The notes under the pieces were generated by a model. That model saw only the letters and a list, made by a program, of their open reading frames with translations, searched no databases and was not told the DNA's origin. DNA of 64,000 nt from a virus. The stretch spans positions 1 to 64,000 of IMG/VR virus record IMGVR_UViG_3300009082_000018. One strand, given 5' to 3'. Made by a program: the position numbers and the translations under genes. How positions within the stretch are numbered: the first letter of the stretch is position 1; every line of letters begins with the position of its first letter. Below are positions 1 to 8,157 of this stretch, piece after piece.

Positions 1-792
1 AACTGGTGCGACCGGACAAGCTGGTACCCCAGCTCTGTCTACGTCGAAGAGGAAGTCGCCACCGACAGTGGCGACCACACGACCTACAACCTCGCCCACC
101 AAGAGGTGATTGATACCTTCCACGGCAAGATCACGTTCGAGGATTTCCTGAAGGACGGCTCGAACCGCAGCTACCGGGTGGCAGTTACGGTCGATGACGT
201 GGCGAAGGTCGAACAGGACCCACACACGGGGTCCGGTGGCGACTTCACCGTGAACTACGCTCTCGGCAAGATCACGTTCCTCGCCGCGCTTCAGGGAACG
301 GAAGTGGTGAAGGTCACCTATCACTACGCCAACGGCAGCTCCTTCACCGTGGCCCCGATTGCGGGCAAGACGCTCGTGATCGAGAAGGTGGAGGTTCAGT
401 GCTCGGATGACCTGGAGATGCTCGACACGTTCGTCTTCCAGGCGTACGGGCTCGTGGACGTGTTTGCGCCCTACCTCATGGAGCCGCCGTACAACCTGCC
501 CTCGGGCACCAAGATCGCTCTCGGTGACCCGCTGAAGTACAAGACGATCAACGACATCATCAATGACAGCAATCACAGCTACCCCTCGTATCCAGCCATT
601 GGTGGTAGTGGGTGGCGGGCGAACAAGAAGCCGCTCTGGATCTTCGCCTGGGACTACGACGTGGGCAGCACCCTGCTCCACTCCAGCTACGGGATGGAAG
701 TCCGGATCAGCCTGGAGCACGAAACGAAGAGCGGGGGAACCAGTGCTACGGCGACGCTCTACTGCACGAGCGAGGACGAAGTTCTACCGTGA
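1..792 (+). CDS. Putative virion structural protein, 5'-truncated by the window edge
   Basis: Frame stays open upstream of the listed start at 106; beta-rich T/V/S composition; virion context. Confidence 0.5.
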   Translation, partial: NWCDRTSWYPSSVYVEEEVATDSGDHTTYNLAHQEVIDTFHGKITFEDFLKDGSNRSYRVAVTVDDVAKVEQDPHTGSGGDFTVNYALGKITFLAALQGTEVVKVTYHYANGSSFTVAPIAGKTLVIEKVEVQCSDDLEMLDTFVFQAYGLVDVFAPYLMEPPYNLPSGTKIALGDPLKYKTINDIINDSNHSYPSYPAIGGSGWRANKKPLWIFAWDYDVGSTLLHSSYGMEVRISLEHETKSGGTSATATLYCTSEDEVLP

Positions 793-798
793 GCTACG

Positions 799-1008
799 AT
801 GCCTGCTGCTTCGCTGTTCGTTGGGGGGAGATTGTGGCTAGTGGAAGATCTCCATTGTGGCTACATGGCGACGTGCCCTGTGACTCGCCTAGTGATCGTC
901 AGTGAGACGTTTCAAGGACTGGTCTACGATATTTGCGACGAGATGGGCATTGAAAGAGTGGAATTGACATCTTGCACTGGGACGGACAAGACGCCTGTGA
1001 AGGGCTAG
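799..1008 (+). CDS. Hypothetical protein
   Basis: Fits the gap between co-oriented genes. Confidence 0.4.
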   Translation: MPAASLFVGGRLWLVEDLHCGYMATCPVTRLVIVSETFQGLVYDICDEMGIERVELTSCTGTDKTPVKG

Positions 1009-1012
1009 ACCT

Positions 1013-1348
1013 ATGACAGGGCAGCTTCCGAAGATCACCATCGCTCCGATATTCGACTTGTGGAGTTTGATCCACTTCGGCTTCTGGGCCTTCATCTCGA
1101 GCACAGTCGGTGCCTGTTGGGAGCCGCCGCTCTGGGTGCATCTGCTCTACACGCTGGTTGGGAGCTACATCTGGGAAGGGATCGAGTATCCCTTGCAGAG
1201 GAAGTACCCTGCCAGGTGGAGCTACCGTCTGGAGGGCAAGCTCAACGCCTTCGTCGGTGATCCGATCTCGAATCTTCTCGGAGCCGCCTTTGGGTGGTTC
1301 GTGGTGGCCTATTACCGGAAGCATTTCTGGGTTTGGAGGAAGAAGTGA
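1013..1348 (+). CDS. Small membrane protein
   Basis: Hydrophobic segments; DLWSLIHF...WEGIE...D pattern. Confidence 0.6.
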   Translation: MTGQLPKITIAPIFDLWSLIHFGFWAFISSTVGACWEPPLWVHLLYTLVGSYIWEGIEYPLQRKYPARWSYRLEGKLNAFVGDPISNLLGAAFGWFVVAYYRKHFWVWRKK

Positions 1349-1995
1349 GCCGTGACCCAAAAACGACTCATTGTACGGATCCTCTGGGAGTGCCCATGGT
1401 GCGGGAAGCTCTGGACTCAGAAGCCGACACCCCGGTCGACATGCCCCACATGTCATGCCGTTGTGGGGGAAAGGGGCTGGGCATCACGGTCGGGTTCTCC
1501 ACCACCAACAAGTGGATCTCCAGAATCATCCGATGGATCACTGGTGGTAAAATGAGCCATGCCTGGATCGCCTACGACGACTTCACGCTCGGCCTGCGGA
1601 TGGTGATGCAGGCTGAGGCGTGGGCGTTTGAGGTCCGACCGTGGCAGCGGTGGATCAAAGAGAACAAGTGGGTGGCTGAGTTCCGGATGATTGGTGGTCG
1701 TCAGCATGTGGCTTTGCGGAAGAGAGCCCGTGACCTGGGGGCGAAGTACGACTGGGCTTCCGGATTGTGCGTGGGTATCTCTGCGTGGTTCAAGCGCTGG
1801 ATCAAGTCCGGGTTCAGCTTTCGACCTAGTCGCACCCCAAAGAGATTGATGTGCTCCGAGGCCGTCGTGCGCTTCCTGAAGGACGCCGGGTGTCATAGTG
1901 TCTCCGATCTAGACGAAGAGCTGACATCCCCTGCAGAGCTGTACGACGTTGTGAGAAGCTCAAACGACTTCATGCCGGTGAGACGTCATGGCTGA
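1345..1995 (+). CDS. Permuted papain-like (YiiX/YebB, NlpC/P60-type) amidase
   Basis: His-before-Cys order SHAWI...KYDW...MCSEAV; start inferred at the GTG overlapping the previous stop (GTGA). Confidence 0.65.
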   Translation: MSRDPKTTHCTDPLGVPMVREALDSEADTPVDMPHMSCRCGGKGLGITVGFSTTNKWISRIIRWITGGKMSHAWIAYDDFTLGLRMVMQAEAWAFEVRPWQRWIKENKWVAEFRMIGGRQHVALRKRARDLGAKYDWASGLCVGISAWFKRWIKSGFSFRPSRTPKRLMCSEAVVRFLKDAGCHSVSDLDEELTSPAELYDVVRSSNDFMPVRRHG

Positions 1996-2266
1996 TACTC
2001 CTAAGAAACGAAAGACGGCTCCTACACAAGAGTTGTTCGCAAAGGTGATGGCTAAGTTGGAACGGCAAGACAAGCGCCTCAAGGTAATTGAGACACAACA
2101 GACCTTGATGCTCTCCTCCCTTCAGCGGCAGGGGCAGTTAACGGAGGACGTTAACCGTCGCTGCATGGAGAAACTTGGCCTGAAGTGCCCACTAGTGGAA
2201 GATGACGAAGATAACGGTACTGGCGCAGAAGATAATGGCAAGAATCTGTCAATAGTGGAGCAGTAA
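1988..2266 (+). CDS. Hypothetical coiled-coil protein
   Basis: Overlaps previous stop; heptad-like helix. Confidence 0.55.
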   Translation: MADTPKKRKTAPTQELFAKVMAKLERQDKRLKVIETQQTLMLSSLQRQGQLTEDVNRRCMEKLGLKCPLVEDDEDNGTGAEDNGKNLSIVEQ

Positions 2267-2268
2267 AC

Positions 2269-2502
2269 ATGGATGCGGCACTTGGACCAGTAATCTCTGC
2301 GCTTCTCAAGATGGGGGCACCTTGGGTGATCACTGCTGTGTTCGTTATGCTTTTTTGGGCAGAGAGGACTCAGAAGGATGCTTTGGCCAATAGGCTATAT
2401 GATCTAGGTATGGCCATGGTCAAGACCAACACCGAGATGGGTCTAACTCTGAGAAAAGTAGAACACGATATTGAGGAGATTCGGAGGAATGACCATGAGT
2501 GA
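2269..2502 (+). CDS. Holin-like small membrane protein
   Basis: N-terminal TM helix plus charged coiled-coil tail, as in BhlA-type holins. Confidence 0.5.
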   Translation: MDAALGPVISALLKMGAPWVITAVFVMLFWAERTQKDALANRLYDLGMAMVKTNTEMGLTLRKVEHDIEEIRRNDHE

Positions 2503-2878
2503 TCCGAAAGACGACGAAACTTCTATTGGATCAATACTGATGGCCATGGGGGCGGTCACAGTGGAGCAGCTTAAGGTTGCCGTAGAAGAACAGAAGATCG
2601 CTTCGGAAGATGTTCTTCTGGGCAAAATCATGGTAGCTTCTGGTTGCATATCGCCTGAGCAGCTTGAGGTGGCTCTCAGTGCTCAGGCTGGTCTTCGTAG
2701 CAAGAAGAATGTGAAACGGGCTTACGCCCAAGCATCCATTGCAGAGAGTAGCGGAGCTGTAGTGGTAGGAATCGCATCGTTGGTTAGGAAGCAGTCTGAG
2801 ATAACTCGTAAGAGCAGAACGGGTCAGGACTACCCGGCTGTCACTGACGATATGATCTGCAAAATGAGAAAGCCATAG
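2495..2878 (+). CDS. Stand-alone MshEN-like domain protein
   Basis: Two tandem 24-aa motifs, SIGSILMAMGAVTVEQLKVAVEEQ and LLGKIMVASGCISPEQLEVALSAQ; GGAGG at 2483-2487. Confidence 0.65.
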   Translation: MSDPKDDETSIGSILMAMGAVTVEQLKVAVEEQKIASEDVLLGKIMVASGCISPEQLEVALSAQAGLRSKKNVKRAYAQASIAESSGAVVVGIASLVRKQSEITRKSRTGQDYPAVTDDMICKMRKP

Positions 2879-3307
2879 ATGTCATTCGGACCTACAGTAC
2901 AAATTCAGTCCGGCGCCAAGGAGCCGATTGTTGTCATGGTCGTTGACAACAACGGTGATCCTATTGCTGGCTTGATTGACATCAAGCTAAAGGTGCGGCG
3001 CAACAGCGACGGATTCTACTTGGATTGGTCCGACAACATCTTCAAGGCCACCGTGACCCAGTTGCTGCAGGCCCTAGACGAGATCTCGGCGACCTTCAGC
3101 CCAGGGGAATATCACCTTAGTACTGTCACCCACATCGATGGATTCGACACGTCCACGTTTGCTGGAGCGCTGCCGGAAGAGGTGTACTTTTTCACAGCGG
3201 TTCAGGACGGTGGCAGTACTGCTGCCAACGTCCCTCAAATTGGCGAGATCAAGGTCGGCGGGTACGTCGACAATGTTGTTGAAGATCGGCTGCCCGTGAT
3301 CTTTTAG
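2879..3307 (+). CDS. Putative virion structural protein (Ig/transthyretin-like)
   Basis: VVDNNGDPIAGL...GEY pattern; operon context. Confidence 0.5.
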   Translation: MSFGPTVQIQSGAKEPIVVMVVDNNGDPIAGLIDIKLKVRRNSDGFYLDWSDNIFKATVTQLLQALDEISATFSPGEYHLSTVTHIDGFDTSTFAGALPEEVYFFTAVQDGGSTAANVPQIGEIKVGGYVDNVVEDRLPVIF

Positions 3308-3316
3308 GAGAGGACC

Positions 3317-3952
3317 ATGTCCTATATCGCAGTGCTTCAAGGGGTTCCAACGTGGCTGCCGTTCGTTGCCGCCGATGTCAACACCGGAGCGCCTCGAGTT
3401 GGGATCACTTTCAGCCAGGTGGACGTAGCCTATAAGAAGGCCACTGATCCAAGTTTCATTCTCAAGCTTCTCTCGGGTCCTGATTTTCGAGAGAACGGCA
3501 ACGGTGTCTACGAGATTTTGTTCTCATCGGGTGAGCTGGCAGTAGTTGGCTCATTCATTTTCGTGGTGAATGGAAACGGATCGCTGCCGTCGCCGCCTAT
3601 TCGGCAGGCTCTCACCCAAGCGGTTGTCCAGTCGTCCAGTACCTACACACCTGGCACAATCAGTCTCAACACCAACATCCTCACGGGAAACCTGGTTGAT
3701 CTGAAAGGTGTGGCCATGGTGGGTGAGGCAGTCAGCGCCCGATTGCTACAGGCGCCTGGCATCTTGGGGACGAACCCCAATCGTGGTGGTGTCGGAACCC
3801 AGATTGTGGCTGCGAAAACAGATCAGGCTGGGTTCTTCGCCCTCGAGGTGATTCAGGGTTCAGTGATTGATGTGGTGATCCCAAGCATCAACTACAGGCG
3901 AACGCTGACTGTCCCTAGCAACGCGACAGACAAGCTGTTCGACATTCCATAG
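3317..3952 (+). CDS. Putative virion structural protein
   Basis: AGGAG RBS; TDQAGFF beta-sandwich motif; operon context. Confidence 0.55.
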   Translation: MSYIAVLQGVPTWLPFVAADVNTGAPRVGITFSQVDVAYKKATDPSFILKLLSGPDFRENGNGVYEILFSSGELAVVGSFIFVVNGNGSLPSPPIRQALTQAVVQSSSTYTPGTISLNTNILTGNLVDLKGVAMVGEAVSARLLQAPGILGTNPNRGGVGTQIVAAKTDQAGFFALEVIQGSVIDVVIPSINYRRTLTVPSNATDKLFDIP

Positions 3953-3961
3953 GACGGAACC

Positions 3962-5368
3962 ATGGCGGCCCCGACAAGCATCACTGTCAAGTTGGATCTC
4001 GACGAGTACAGCAAGTTCGAGAAAGACCGCCGCACGATGACGGTGACCTGGACTGCTGCGGGCGGCGGCGACATGAGTGGGCACGTTCTGAATCTGGAGC
4101 TTCGCAAAGCTCGTCGAGATCGTACGAGCGTGGCCTACACCAAGACCTTCGCGATTGTTGGCACTACTGACCCCGTATCTGGGACCTGGCTGATCAATTT
4201 GAAAGAGGATTGTGTCGATTCGGAGTTCATCAACACAATCCGTCGTGGGTACTACTTTGTTCGCGTCTCTCTGTCCACCAACGTGGCTGTCTATGGAGAT
4301 TCGCCCGATGTTCCGATCTCCATTATGACTCCTGCGTTCCTACAGCAACAGTTCCTTTTTGGACTGCCGCTGGAGGCACGCGAACAGAAGATGGTCAAAT
4401 TTCAACCCACTAACATCTCAGGTGTGGAAATCATCGAGGCCAGCCAGAGCCATCCCGTTGGGTTCTGCGCACTGACTTACGTGTACAACGATCCTCCAAC
4501 GCAGCGTCAGTTGTCTTGGGGCGCCGGCCCGCTGGTCTCGATCACAGCACCAGGAAGGTACTTGCTGAAGTACGATTGCAACGGATCGGACTACATCGTG
4601 GTCCAGATTCGAAGTCTCTCAGCGTTGCCAACAGCGGGAGCCACCGACGATCTCTATATGTCGCATGCAAAGATCACTGACGCCATGATGCGCAGGTGGA
4701 TTGAACAGGCGTGTGACTGGTTGGAGAACGACAAGATCGCTGGAGTGTTCCTTGAACCAACCAGGCTGGTCACTGATGTGGTTCTTCCTGGCAACGTGAT
4801 CCCAGATTGGGATTTGATCATTCCGCCCATCACCTATTACCAGATGACGGCGGCCAAGTGGATCGACATCCTCTTTCCGTACATGAGCCTTCTGAGGCTG
4901 AATCGGCTCTTCGGAAAGATCGCCAACACTGAAGTGATCAATATTTCCCTGGACTGGATTGAAATCTCGGAGAAGAACGGTTTGGTGCAGCTGATTCCGT
5001 TCAACTCTTCCACGTCCAATCAGTTCCTGGGCATGGTGTGGGTGTCTGCCTTGAGCGGACCCATCGAGCTTCCTAACTTCTGGCACTTCGATGCCATTGC
5101 CGGCTTGCGAGATGTCGATCCGATCCTAATCGAGATCATAGGCAAGAAGGCTGCAATGGATGCTCTCACGCAGGCGGGGCACGCCTACCGAGGAGGCTTC
5201 TCGAGCCAGTCCATTTCACGCGATGGTGTGTCGGAGAGCGTATCCTACACAGCCAGTGCCATCTACGGGATCTACGCAGCAACTATTGAGGATTACAACA
5301 AATTCCTCAACCGGGAGATCAAACAGATCAAGGGTAGGTACCGAGGCTTGAACGTGGTGGTGCTGTAA
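3962..5368 (+). CDS. Head-tail adaptor/neck protein
   Basis: C-terminal SQSISRDGVSESVSY motif typical of adaptor proteins; first gene of the neck-sheath block. Confidence 0.65.
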   Translation: MAAPTSITVKLDLDEYSKFEKDRRTMTVTWTAAGGGDMSGHVLNLELRKARRDRTSVAYTKTFAIVGTTDPVSGTWLINLKEDCVDSEFINTIRRGYYFVRVSLSTNVAVYGDSPDVPISIMTPAFLQQQFLFGLPLEAREQKMVKFQPTNISGVEIIEASQSHPVGFCALTYVYNDPPTQRQLSWGAGPLVSITAPGRYLLKYDCNGSDYIVVQIRSLSALPTAGATDDLYMSHAKITDAMMRRWIEQACDWLENDKIAGVFLEPTRLVTDVVLPGNVIPDWDLIIPPITYYQMTAAKWIDILFPYMSLLRLNRLFGKIANTEVINISLDWIEISEKNGLVQLIPFNSSTSNQFLGMVWVSALSGPIELPNFWHFDAIAGLRDVDPILIEIIGKKAAMDALTQAGHAYRGGFSSQSISRDGVSESVSYTASAIYGIYAATIEDYNKFLNREIKQIKGRYRGLNVVVL

Positions 5369-5408
5369 TTGTTGCCTGGGATTTCAACTACTTTATAATG
5401 GCGGACCA

Positions 5409-6194
5409 ATGGCACCTCGTGGATCAGGATTAGGGATCGACTGGAACTTTCCAGTTCATCACGGGCTCATCGATGAACGCGGGGAAACCGTGATCCACGA
5501 GATCGGTCTGCGCTGCACGTGTCTCAACGAAGACACCATGGCCGGCGAGATTGAGCAGACTCATGTTCCCAGGAAACGAGTGACATTCCGCTGCGATATC
5601 TGTGGCGGAATGGGACTCATCTACAGGGATCCTAAGAAGATCGTCGCTCTCGTCACAGGGATCTCGGAGGACTACTCGAGAGACGAACAGGGTTGGCTCA
5701 GCCCTGGTGACTGTCTGATGTCTCCGCATCCCGAGTACATAGTCAGCGCCGGAGATAGGATTACCTTCACCTGGACGCAGCCGATTCCAGATGGACAAGT
5801 GATCGTGCGGGGAGCTGGAACCTTCAGCGACAACAGCACCAGGAAGACCGAGATCGATGAGTCAGAAGATCGACTTTGGTACCATGCTGCAAAGAGCCTG
5901 TGGTGCGAAGATCGAAATGGAAAGATCTACCAGCCCAACGGTGACTTTGTCCTGGATGGCAGCAAGGTGATCCGGTGGGTCGGGAACCGACCCAACCTGA
6001 ATACGCCTTACACCATCAAGTACGAGGCCTACATCGAGTGGAAGGTCTTCACTCCATCTGGGGCCAGAAGAGATCGTGACAGGGACCTGGGAGATCGCGT
6101 CTATCTCCGCAAGAGTCACCTCGTCAACCCAAACGACAACCCGCAGGTGCGAACAGAGGACCGCATTCGCTTCTGCGCCAGGCTGGGATGCTGA
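5409..6194 (+). CDS. Neck/head-closure protein
   Basis: CxC...CxxCxGxG motif; synteny with large-myovirus neck genes. Confidence 0.55.
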   Translation: MAPRGSGLGIDWNFPVHHGLIDERGETVIHEIGLRCTCLNEDTMAGEIEQTHVPRKRVTFRCDICGGMGLIYRDPKKIVALVTGISEDYSRDEQGWLSPGDCLMSPHPEYIVSAGDRITFTWTQPIPDGQVIVRGAGTFSDNSTRKTEIDESEDRLWYHAAKSLWCEDRNGKIYQPNGDFVLDGSKVIRWVGNRPNLNTPYTIKYEAYIEWKVFTPSGARRDRDRDLGDRVYLRKSHLVNPNDNPQVRTEDRIRFCARLGC

Positions 6195-6826
6195 TGGTCG
6201 AAACCCACATCAATATCAAGATCGAAGTAGATCTTGGTGAGATCGGGAAGACGATCGAGAAAGCTGCCAGCGATGCTTTGAAGCAGCTGGCGACCCAGGC
6301 CTATGAGGAGTGGCAGTCTGAGGCAGGCCGCCGGCTGAAGACTACACGTCGCCGCTATCAGGATGCCCTCCACTGGACGATGAAGAGCGATACCGAAGCT
6401 GAGATCACTCTCTTCGCCAGAGACAAGAAAACGAACTGGATCGTTACAGCTTTGGAACGTGGTGTTGGGCCGTACTCGATCCGTGATGCTGCATTGAAGA
6501 AGGCCAAGCTCCAAACCAGTCGGACGATGAGCGACAAGCAGCGACGTGCCATGTTTGCCTACCTGGCCAGCGTAGGTCGATTGGGTCTTCCGCCGACTCC
6601 GTTTGCAGACATCCCGTTTCGCTCGCAAGGATCACTTGAGCAAGGTGATCCAAATTCTTGGAGGCGTATCTCCAAGAACACGAAACCTGGAAGTTGGAAA
6701 CATCCAGGCTTCAAGCCTGGTGGATCGGGTGGTCCTGGACCTCTGCGGCCAGCGATCGTGGAGTACATCCAGAAAACAGCAGGCGACATCTTCACGCAGG
6801 TGTTCGCTTCAAGGATGAAGGCATGA
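6188..6826 (+). CDS. Neck/tail-completion protein
   Basis: WRRIS...SWKHPG motif; synteny. Confidence 0.55.
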   Translation: MLMVETHINIKIEVDLGEIGKTIEKAASDALKQLATQAYEEWQSEAGRRLKTTRRRYQDALHWTMKSDTEAEITLFARDKKTNWIVTALERGVGPYSIRDAALKKAKLQTSRTMSDKQRRAMFAYLASVGRLGLPPTPFADIPFRSQGSLEQGDPNSWRRISKNTKPGSWKHPGFKPGGSGGPGPLRPAIVEYIQKTAGDIFTQVFASRMKA

Positions 6827-7875
6827 GCATCCTTCCAGAGTATGTCCTGCAGCAGGCTCTCGTGCGCGGTGTGCGGGCATTCCGTGAAGACCAGACCCTT
6901 GTGCAGATGCTGTTCCGGAATCTCCATCAAGAAGACGTGATGGGATTGATCAAATTCCTTCGCGATAACACGATTGACATCGCGTTGAATTATCCTGAAG
7001 CACCGATCTCTGTTCCGGCTATTGTGATCACTCTCAAGAACGAGACAGAGAGCCAAGGCTTTCTTGGTGACGTACTGCAGCCTCCCAAGAGCATCAGAGC
7101 GACGGGGCACCCATTCCCGATGGAGGATGTAGAGGACCCAGCGGACGTACTGGGAGGTGGATCGGTCACAGACGTCGGTTTGAGCGATCAGCTTTTGGAG
7201 AGTCCGATTCAGGCTCTCGGTGGTACCTCTACTTCGCTCACGTTCTCTCTGCAGTCACCCTTCAAGATTTCTGATCCGTTTGAGGTGGACAACCTCCAGA
7301 TCAGGGTTCTTCAGGGTACAGGTGCCGGTCAAGTTCGACAGGTTTCTAGCATCACGCCGAATCAAGTGTCCGGTACGGTGGCAGTAGAAGTGGATGCAGC
7401 TTGGGGAACTCCTCCTGACAGCACGTCGATCTTCTCTTTCTTCACAAGAGACCCGTTTGGTGTCCAGGGTGAGCCATCCAAGCTCTACGACAAGTCATCT
7501 GTGATTGAACGTATTGGGGCCCACTACCGAGTTTCCTATCAGCTGCTCATTGGCGGCCCTAATGCCGAGATCACGTTGTTCCTGTACGCTATCGTGAAAG
7601 CGATCATGTTTGTCAACTACACCTATCTTCAGAAGAGCGGGTTCATCAACCTGAAGATGAGTGGAACTGACTTTGTGACGAAGCCTGAGTACTTTCCAAG
7701 TAGATCTTATGCTCGCGCTTTGATCATGGAGTTCGAGCATTCGTTCGATGTGTACCTGGAGGTTGCGGCTGTCAACAAGCTCAGACTGGACATTGGAGTC
7801 TACGATCCGAATGTTGGTGATGGTTCAGGCACGGAACGGGTCGTTTCGTCAGTTGAGTTTGATCTGAATCAATAA
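6823..7875 (+). CDS. Tail terminator-like protein with inserted beta-domain
   Basis: ATG 6823 overlaps previous stop (ATGA); lies before the sheath; internal GTGAGQxR domain. Confidence 0.55.
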   Translation: MSILPEYVLQQALVRGVRAFREDQTLVQMLFRNLHQEDVMGLIKFLRDNTIDIALNYPEAPISVPAIVITLKNETESQGFLGDVLQPPKSIRATGHPFPMEDVEDPADVLGGGSVTDVGLSDQLLESPIQALGGTSTSLTFSLQSPFKISDPFEVDNLQIRVLQGTGAGQVRQVSSITPNQVSGTVAVEVDAAWGTPPDSTSIFSFFTRDPFGVQGEPSKLYDKSSVIERIGAHYRVSYQLLIGGPNAEITLFLYAIVKAIMFVNYTYLQKSGFINLKMSGTDFVTKPEYFPSRSYARALIMEFEHSFDVYLEVAAVNKLRLDIGVYDPNVGDGSGTERVVSSVEFDLNQ

Positions 7876-7887
7876 AGGAGACCGGTC

Positions 7888-8139
7888 ATGGCGACGAAAG
7901 TAGTTCGCAGTGAAAGCACGACGACCGAAGCTCCGGCTCCTTCTGCCTCGAACAGGTCGGAGGAAGTCGTTGCCCAGAAGTCGTCACAGCCCGTTGATCC
8001 CCCGATGCTTGTGACTTTCGATCGGTGGTTTGCGGCCAAGAAGTACAAGCCCCACTGGAAGGATGGGATGTTGGCCTTCACCAACACCGATGGTCGAAAG
8101 ACCATGGAAGAGTGGGACTCCATCTTCAAGAAGTACTAA
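7888..8139 (+). CDS. Small tail-associated protein preceding the sheath
   Basis: AGGAG RBS; TFDRW...EEWDSIFKKY; synteny. Confidence 0.55.
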   Translation: MATKVVRSESTTTEAPAPSASNRSEEVVAQKSSQPVDPPMLVTFDRWFAAKKYKPHWKDGMLAFTNTDGRKTMEEWDSIFKKY

Positions 8140-8157
8140 CCAGGGTAGGAGCGAACA

